Shown here: positions 58,000 through 64,000 of the stretch, one piece after another
How the letters are laid out: each line of letters opens with the position of its first letter
Numbering within the stretch: position 1 is the stretch's first letter
NCBI RefSeq assembly: GCF_028368995.1
Contig: NZ_JAQNDL010000005.1
Coordinates: 160,001 to 224,000 of the forward strand
From: Nannocystis bainbridge
Lineage (GTDB): Bacteria; Myxococcota_A; Polyangia; Nannocystales; Nannocystaceae
Direction: 5' to 3'
DNA: 64,000 nucleotides
Notes under the pieces: generated by a model
What the model saw: only the letters and a program-made list of their open reading frames with translations
What the model was told of the DNA's origin: nothing
Database searches by the model: none
Program-made: the position numbers and the translations under genes

Positions 58000-58281
58000 A
58001 TGACCAGCACTGCCAAATTCGCCCTGGGTTTCTCCCTCAGCCTGGCTCTCGGTACTGGCGTGTTGTCGCAGCCCGTCGAGCCCTCGGCCGGCTGGTTCGG
58101 CAACTGCCTCATCTGTAAGTGGGATCCCTGGGGCGGCCCGGCGTTCTGCGCCACCACCTCCGGCAAGGGTTGGTGGGGCTGCTACGCCACCGGTTACAAG
58201 TGTCTCAATGGCGGCCAGCCGTGCGGCAAGAAGGCTCCCACGCCCGCCGCCACCGGCGAAGCCGGCCCACAAACCCCCTGA
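58000..58281 (+). CDS. Small secreted six-Cys, Trp/Gly-rich peptide (93 aa)
   Basis: Signal peptide, then GWFGNCLICKWDPWGGPAFCATTSGKGWWGCYATGYKCLNGGQPC. Confidence 0.7.
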   Translation: MTSTAKFALGFSLSLALGTGVLSQPVEPSAGWFGNCLICKWDPWGGPAFCATTSGKGWWGCYATGYKCLNGGQPCGKKAPTPAATGEAGPQTP

Positions 58282-58317
58282 GCCCCGAACGAAGCACACG
58301 GAAGCGGCTGGTTCGGA

Positions 58318-59121
58318 ATGTCGACAAGGAAGTTGATCTGCACCCTCGCGGGTCTCGCCGCCGTCTGCGCGCTGCTGTCGTACGCGGCGAGCGAGCGCCT
58401 CGGCGGCCTCCGCGGCGGCTCCACGGCCTCGGCCGCGGCCCATCACGCCGGCCCTGGGTACGGCTCCTATCTGCAGATCGCCGGCGTCCCGGCGCGAGAC
58501 TACGACGCCGCCAACGCCGGGGCTCACCGCGACGGTGACGCCTGGGTCCTCGGCGACGTCGACCTCGAGGCCGTGCGCGCCGCCGCGGCCGCGCCGCAGG
58601 ACCTCGATCGCTTGGCCGAGGCCGACCCCAAGTGGATCCCGACCCAGACGTGGAAGATGCGCCACGGCGGCGCCAGCCCGTTCGCCCTCGCCAAGGAGCA
58701 CTGCAGCGCCCGTCACCTCGCGCGCATGGAGGCCATGTGCAAGGCCGACATCAGCGTCGTCGTCGAGCGCCAGGGCGCCGGCGAGGGCCACGTCGTCTAC
58801 GCCCGCCCTGCGCTCGGTGACGGCGCCACCGACGACTGCCGCGCCTACGCCGACTGCATCGCCCGCGACGCCTGGCTCGACCGCGCCACCCCGCTGCCGG
58901 ACGGCCCGGACCCGCTCCACGCGTTCCAGGCCGGCGACATCCGCCTGCCGATGCACGGCACGCGCGACGAGTGGCAGGTCAGCCTGCACTCGGAGATCGA
59001 GCTCGTGACGGACAACCTCGCCGCGATCCGCCAGCTCGACCTGGCCGATCCGCAGATCCGTCAGAGCCTCGACCTGCAGCAGGATCTGCTCGAGCAGCTC
59101 GAGTGGATGGCCGCCCTGTGA
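58318..59121 (+). CDS. Exported hypothetical protein with two Cys pairs
   Basis: N-terminal hydrophobic segment; GTGA overlap with next gene. Confidence 0.75.
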   Translation: MSTRKLICTLAGLAAVCALLSYAASERLGGLRGGSTASAAAHHAGPGYGSYLQIAGVPARDYDAANAGAHRDGDAWVLGDVDLEAVRAAAAAPQDLDRLAEADPKWIPTQTWKMRHGGASPFALAKEHCSARHLARMEAMCKADISVVVERQGAGEGHVVYARPALGDGATDDCRAYADCIARDAWLDRATPLPDGPDPLHAFQAGDIRLPMHGTRDEWQVSLHSEIELVTDNLAAIRQLDLADPQIRQSLDLQQDLLEQLEWMAAL

Positions 59122-59714
59122 CCAGCCCGCTCCGCCGCCATCGCCCCCTCGTCGCCGGTCTGATCGCCGGGCTCCTCGTCGCCGTCGCTACCGCGTGGCT
59201 GCTCGACCCGGCCCGCTGGCTGCGCCCCGGCGTCGGTCGCGTCTACGTCATCGGCACCTGCTCGTACAGCAAGGCCGCCCTCGACATCCTGCGCGCCGAC
59301 CCCGACGCCCCGTTCGTGCCGCTGGTCCTGCCCGCCGAAGTCCCCGAGTTCGAGGCCGACGCCTGCGACGAGGCCCGCGCCCGCCTGCAACGCGGCGGCG
59401 CCTTCTGGCTGGCCGTGCTCCCGCGCAGCTACGTGTGCCGGCGCCTCTCCGACCTCGCGGCCGCCCGCTTCACCGCCGAGACCACCGGCGAGGGCTACCC
59501 CGCGTGGGTCAGCGCCCAGGGCGAGTTCGTCGGCCTCGGCGTCGACCCGCGCCAGATCGCCGCGCTCGGTTTGACCCCGCCGCCGGCCGTGGTCCGCTTC
59601 TGGATCGAGGGCGGATACGAGCGCGCCCTCGTCGAGTCGCTCGGCTTCGTCGTCCCGGACGGCACCGTCCAGGGCCCCCGCCAGCCAGCGCCGATGGCCT
59701 CCCCCATCGAGTGA
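59118..59714 (+). CDS. Membrane-anchored thioredoxin/glutaredoxin-like protein (CxxS)
   Basis: TM, then VYVIGTCSYSKAAL and GYPAWV cis-Pro-like loop. Confidence 0.55.
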   Translation: MTSPLRRHRPLVAGLIAGLLVAVATAWLLDPARWLRPGVGRVYVIGTCSYSKAALDILRADPDAPFVPLVLPAEVPEFEADACDEARARLQRGGAFWLAVLPRSYVCRRLSDLAAARFTAETTGEGYPAWVSAQGEFVGLGVDPRQIAALGLTPPPAVVRFWIEGGYERALVESLGFVVPDGTVQGPRQPAPMASPIE

Positions 59715-59728
59715 GCCGTCCGAGGGGA

Positions 59729-59843
59729 CATGTTCTCCAGAACATGTCCCCGCGGTCATGTCCACCCGACCTGCGCCATCGAGCATGCCCTCTCGGTCAT
59801 GTCCTCATCGACATGTCCTCTCGAACATGCCCTCTCAGACATC
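59729..59843. repeat. 14-bp-period palindromic motif array (9 cores)
   Basis: Cores at 59729, 59743, 59757, 59770, 59784, 59798, 59812, 59826, 59840. Confidence 0.9.
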
Positions 59844-59970
59844 TGGCCCGAGCAACCTTCATCCTCCCGCCGCGCTAGCTGAACTGTGGCGGCCGACAGT
59901 CAGAGCGCCACGCGCCCGCATCGCGACCGCGCACCGCCGTGCGCCCGAGCCCGCAGCGCGACCAGCCGCC

Positions 59971-60387
59971 TCACCCGCGCTCGAGCGCGTCGGCGGCTTG
60001 CAGCGCCACGAAGCTCCACGCGAACAGACCCAGCCCGACCAGCACGGCGACGCGCAGCCCGGTGGCGAGCGCGTAGCAGACATGGAGCCCGGCGCAGGCG
60101 GCGAACAGGCGCCAGCGCGCGCGTGAGGGTCGTCGCGTCAGCACGCCGGCGGCCAGCGCCGCGACCGCCGAGAAGTACCCCAGCCACAGCCAGCCCGCGG
60201 CCGGGACCGCCGGCAGGGCGCCAGCCTGGAGCCCGGCGGCGATCTGCTCGATCACGCTGTGCTGTTCGCAGAGGTCGATCACCGGCAGGGCCGCGCAGGC
60301 GAGCCCGAACGGCGCCGCCGCGCGACGCACGGCCTCGCGCTGCCAGCGTTCGGTGATGTCCTCCCGCCCCTCGGGCACGACCCTCAC
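59971..60387 (-). CDS. Small membrane protein, hypothetical
   Basis: Three to four hydrophobic segments; start uncertain. Confidence 0.5.
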   Translation of the reverse strand: MRVVPEGREDITERWQREAVRRAAAPFGLACAALPVIDLCEQHSVIEQIAAGLQAGALPAVPAAGWLWLGYFSAVAALAAGVLTRRPSRARWRLFAACAGLHVCYALATGLRVAVLVGLGLFAWSFVALQAADALERG

Positions 60388-60470
60388 CCTACTGCGCCGC
60401 GCCGGCGAACGCACGCGCGCGCGCAAAAACGCCCGCACCGCCGTCGATCGCCCCGGCTATGATGGTCGGG

Positions 60471-61472
60471 ATGGCCGAGGCGCACGGACGAGACGACGAC
60501 GACAAGCCGAGCCGCGCGACACGCATCCTGTCCGCGCCGGCCGAGCCGAGGGCCTCCTTCGCCGCGACCTTCAAGGCGATGTTCCGCGAGCTCCACCCGA
60601 TCTACGCCGCCTTCGACAAGGACGGCCTGCTGTGCGTCGCGGCCCGCGAGGACGGCAAGATCGCCTCCTACGTCCACCTGCCGATCCTCAGCGAGCAGGG
60701 CGCCTTCGGCGTCATCGGCCGCCACGAGTGCTGCGCGCTCACCCTCCACGACGAGGAGGTCTCGCTGCGCCACGCCCTCGTGCGCGTCAGCCAGCAGGGC
60801 CTCGGCGAGGCCCGCGTGCGCCTCATCGACCTCGACTCCTCGAACACCTTCCGCACCGAGGACGGCCAGATGTGCAAGTCGGTCCTCGCCGAGGGCCCGC
60901 TGTTCGTGCACCTGCTCGACTACCAGCTGTTCCTGTTCCCGACCGGCACGCTGGCGCCGAGTCGCTGGGAGAGCAGCGCCGACGCGACCTGGCAGTCCTT
61001 CCCCGAGCGCGTCTACCTCGACCACCGGATCCCCGAGCGCGTCAATCGTGAGCAGCGGCGGCCGCAGCCCGCCGGTCGGGCCCGCCGGCACACGTACATG
61101 ACGCTGCTCCCGGCCGCCCAGCACTTGCGCGCCAAGCCGGGCGCCGGCGGTCGGGTCGTCGGCACCATCCTGCTCGCCGCCGAGAACACCCAGATCGCCC
61201 ATCGCGTCTCGGCCGAGGATCTCGAGCGCGGCATGCTGATCGGCCGCTACGAGCGCTGTCAGCTGGCCGGCGCCAGCCACAGCCTGTCGCGCGTCCACCT
61301 GGTCCTGCTGCTCGACGAGAACGACATCTGGGCCGTCGACACCGCCAGCCTCAACGGCACCATCGTCGACGGTCAGAAGATCAGCGCGATCGTGCTCGAC
61401 CGCGAGATCGAGCTCAAGCTGCCCGCCGGCATGGGCATGCGCTGGGTCCCCGAGCACATCCCGCCGGCCTAG
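60471..61472 (+). CDS. Double FHA-domain protein
   Basis: IGRHECC...VSLRHA...DLDSSN and IGRYERC...LSRVHL...DTASLNGT. Confidence 0.82.
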   Translation: MAEAHGRDDDDKPSRATRILSAPAEPRASFAATFKAMFRELHPIYAAFDKDGLLCVAAREDGKIASYVHLPILSEQGAFGVIGRHECCALTLHDEEVSLRHALVRVSQQGLGEARVRLIDLDSSNTFRTEDGQMCKSVLAEGPLFVHLLDYQLFLFPTGTLAPSRWESSADATWQSFPERVYLDHRIPERVNREQRRPQPAGRARRHTYMTLLPAAQHLRAKPGAGGRVVGTILLAAENTQIAHRVSAEDLERGMLIGRYERCQLAGASHSLSRVHLVLLLDENDIWAVDTASLNGTIVDGQKISAIVLDREIELKLPAGMGMRWVPEHIPPA

Positions 61473-61617
61473 GCGCGAGCTCCCCGCGACGCGCGATCGA
61501 CGGGAGGCCCCTCGTCAGCCGCGTGATCGCCACGACATGCGCGGCGGTCCCCGCTCCCCGGCTCGCGCCTGCATGGTCGGCGCGGCCTGGTAAGCTTGCC
61601 GCGTCCGAGGGACCCGC

Positions 61618-63087
61618 GTGACCGCCGAGCTCAACCTGTCCTCTTCGCCATCTGGTTTCGTCTCCGCCCGGTCGGGCGGCCTCGAATTCGACGTCGTCGT
61701 GCTCGGCTCCGGCCCCGGCGGCGAGGGGGCCGCCATGCTGGCGGCCAAGGCCGGCCGGCGCGTCGCCCTCGTCGAGCGGTACCGGGCGGTCGGCGGCGCC
61801 TGCACCCACCTCGGCACGATCCCCAGCAAGGCCCTGCGCGAGGCCGTGCGCACGCTGAAGAGCGTGCGCCAGAACCCCATGTTCGCCGACCTCGTCGCCG
61901 GCCACGTCGTCACCTTCCCCCAGCTCCTCACCGGCGCCCGGCGGATCATCGACAGCCAGGTCGAGCTGCGGCGCAGCTTCTATCACCGCAACCACGTCGA
62001 GGTCTTCACCGGCCACGCCCGCTTCGTCGACCCGCACACCGTCGAGATCGAGGAGCCCGGCGGCGCCCGCCCGCGCCTGCGCGCCGGCGGCTTCGTCATC
62101 GCCACCGGCTCGCGCCCGTATCGACCGCCGGACGTCGACTTCACGCACCCGCGGATCTTCGACAGCGACACCATCCTCGGCCTCGGCGTCCACGGCCGCG
62201 AGCGCGTCCCGCAGTCGATCACCATCTACGGCGCCGGCGTCGTCGGCTGCGAGTACGCCTCGATCTTCCGCGGCCTCGAGATGAAGGTCAATCTCGTCAA
62301 CAACCGCGACAAGCTGCTCGCCTTCCTCGACGACGAGATCATCGACGCGCTCTCGTACCACCTGCGCGACCAGGGCGTGCTGATCCGCCACAACGAGACC
62401 TACGAGCGCATCGAGCCCCAGCCTGACGGCGTCGTCGTCCACCTCAAGTCGGGCAAGCGGCTGCGCTCCGACATCCTGCTGTGGGCCAACGGTCGCACCG
62501 GCAACACCCAGGACATGGGCCTCGAGGCGATCGGCATCCAGCCCAACGGCCGCGGCCAGATCGACGTCGACGACGTCTACCGCACCCGCATCCACCCGCA
62601 CGTCTACGCCGTCGGCGACGTCGTCGGCCCCCCGAGCCTCGCCTCCGCCGCTTACGATCAGGGCCGCTTCGCCATGACCCACCTGATCCACGGCGAGTGC
62701 GACGCCCGGCTCGTCAAGGACATCCCGACCGGCATCTACACCGATCCCGAGATCAGCTCGGTCGGCCGCACCGAGCGCGAGCTGACCCAGGACGGCGTGC
62801 CCTACGAGGTCGGCCACGCCCTGTTCCGCAACCTCGCCCGCGCCCAGATCACCGGCATGCGCGTCGGCGTGCTCAAGCTGCTGTTCCACCGCGAGACCCT
62901 GCAGATCCTCGGCGTCCACTGCTTCGGCGATCAGGCCGCCGAGATCATCCACATCGGCCAGGCGATCATGGCCCAGAGCGGCGAGGCCAACAACCTGCGC
63001 TACTTCATCAACACCACCTTCAACTATCCGACGATGGCCGAGGCCTACCGGGTCGCCGCCCTCAACGGCTACAACCGCGTGTTCTAG
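61618..63087 (+). CDS. sthA: Soluble pyridine nucleotide transhydrogenase
   Basis: [63 protein letters not shown]. Confidence 0.95.
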   Translation: MTAELNLSSSPSGFVSARSGGLEFDVVVLGSGPGGEGAAMLAAKAGRRVALVERYRAVGGACTHLGTIPSKALREAVRTLKSVRQNPMFADLVAGHVVTFPQLLTGARRIIDSQVELRRSFYHRNHVEVFTGHARFVDPHTVEIEEPGGARPRLRAGGFVIATGSRPYRPPDVDFTHPRIFDSDTILGLGVHGRERVPQSITIYGAGVVGCEYASIFRGLEMKVNLVNNRDKLLAFLDDEIIDALSYHLRDQGVLIRHNETYERIEPQPDGVVVHLKSGKRLRSDILLWANGRTGNTQDMGLEAIGIQPNGRGQIDVDDVYRTRIHPHVYAVGDVVGPPSLASAAYDQGRFAMTHLIHGECDARLVKDIPTGIYTDPEISSVGRTERELTQDGVPYEVGHALFRNLARAQITGMRVGVLKLLFHRETLQILGVHCFGDQAAEIIHIGQAIMAQSGEANNLRYFINTTFNYPTMAEAYRVAALNGYNRVF

Positions 63088-63117
63088 GCCCGGCGCTTCG
63101 TCGGCAGAGGTCGCGCC

Positions 63118-64000
63118 CTACTTGCCGAGCTTGTACGCCTTCGACTTCGACTTCTTGCCGTAGATCTTCGCCTGCTCCGCGCTCTGACGGGCCGCGTCGA
63201 GGCCGGACTCGGCCTCCTTGAGCTCCTCGATCTGCTTGACCAGCTTCGGGCTCGGCGTCGCCTTGTGCTGCTTCTCGAGCGCGACCACGCCGTCCTGCAG
63301 CACCTTGCGCGCCCGGTCGTAGTCGCCGCCGTCGACCGCCACCGCCGCCGCTTGCATCTGCGCCGCGCTCTCGACCTCGGCCACGCGGACCGTCACCTCC
63401 GTGCGCTCCGAGCGGGCGATCTGCTCCGGATCGGTGCTGGTCGGGGCCGACAGCGCCAGCTTGCCCTCGACCGGCTTCCCCTGCTGGGTCTGGTCCTTGG
63501 CCCGCAGGTCGACCGTGCCCAGCGCCAGCTGTCCGCTCGCACCTGTCCCGAAGTTCACCTGCAACCGGACCACGATGTCGCGCACCTGCTGGGCCGCCAG
63601 CGAGCCGACCAGGATCGACGCGCCCTGCGGCGTCTCCTGCCAGGCGTAGCCATACACCTGGCGCACCTGGACCCCCGGCGCCATCTGCATCGTCACCTCG
63701 ATCCCCGACGCCACCGTCGCCACCAGCCCGGCGAACTCGTCCGACAGCACCCGCGGGATCGCGTCGGTGCCGGGGATGAAGTGATAGCGCCCGCCGCCCT
63801 GGTCGGCGAGCCGCGTCATCAGCTCCTCGTTGTAGTCGAGCCCGACCCCCAGCGTCGACACGCTGACCCCGTGGCCGAAGCCCTCGCGCGCCCGCTGCCC
63901 GAGCACCTGCGGGTTCTGCTCGCCGACGTTGGCCTGGCCGTCGGACAGCAGCAGCATGTGGCGCAACACATCCTCTTTGCGGGTCTTCGGGTCGAAGATC
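63118..64000 (-). CDS. vWA domain protein (5' part outside window)
   Basis: [34 protein letters not shown]. Confidence 0.88.
   Translation of the reverse strand, partial: IFDPKTRKEDVLRHMLLLSDGQANVGEQNPQVLGQRAREGFGHGVSVSTLGVGLDYNEELMTRLADQGGGRYHFIPGTDAIPRVLSDEFAGLVATVASGIEVTMQMAPGVQVRQVYGYAWQETPQGASILVGSLAAQQVRDIVVRLQVNFGTGASGQLALGTVDLRAKDQTQQGKPVEGKLALSAPTSTDPEQIARSERTEVTVRVAEVESAAQMQAAAVAVDGGDYDRARKVLQDGVVALEKQHKATPSPKLVKQIEELKEAESGLDAARQSAEQAKIYGKKSKSKAYKLGK

Noticed and set aside
59729-59843. CRISPR interpretation of the 14-bp arrays and of the 36-bp repeat at 17630
   Set aside because: Units are too short or linkers identical, there are no unique 30-40 bp spacers, and no cas genes are present.

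Overview
Very GC-rich bacterial DNA, most likely a myxobacterium of the Nannocystis/Polyangiales type. This is inferred from a MYXO-CTERM protein, Myxococcus Cys-rich repeats and many lipoproteins. About 45 credible CDSs are present: proteostasis and housekeeping genes (clpA-clpS, htpG, rnr, kbl with an SDR-type threonine dehydrogenase, sthA, HU), exported proteins, a yqiJ/yqiK-flotillin/giant-ATPase operon, MoxR-DUF58-vWA, and a hybrid kinase plus REC-cyclase pair. No tRNA, rRNA, CRISPR array or transposase was seen. Three observations stand out. (1) A short RF1-like (PxT, GGQ) release-factor homologue lacks domain 1 and is split by a perfect prfB-type +1 frameshift cassette (GGGAG-N3-CTT-TGA-C); it is preceded by a UGA-terminated leader ORF and an RBS-sequestering hairpin. 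(2) A pervasive palindromic motif, CMTGTCC-N4-GGACAKG, is chained with strict 14-bp periodicity at roughly 25 loci, both in convergent intergenic gaps and inside genes. (3) A TROVE/vWA-like plus ARPP-2-like operon is preceded by a candidate Y-RNA-like structured RNA with a bulged-C terminal stem. All family assignments come from recalled motifs, not database searches.
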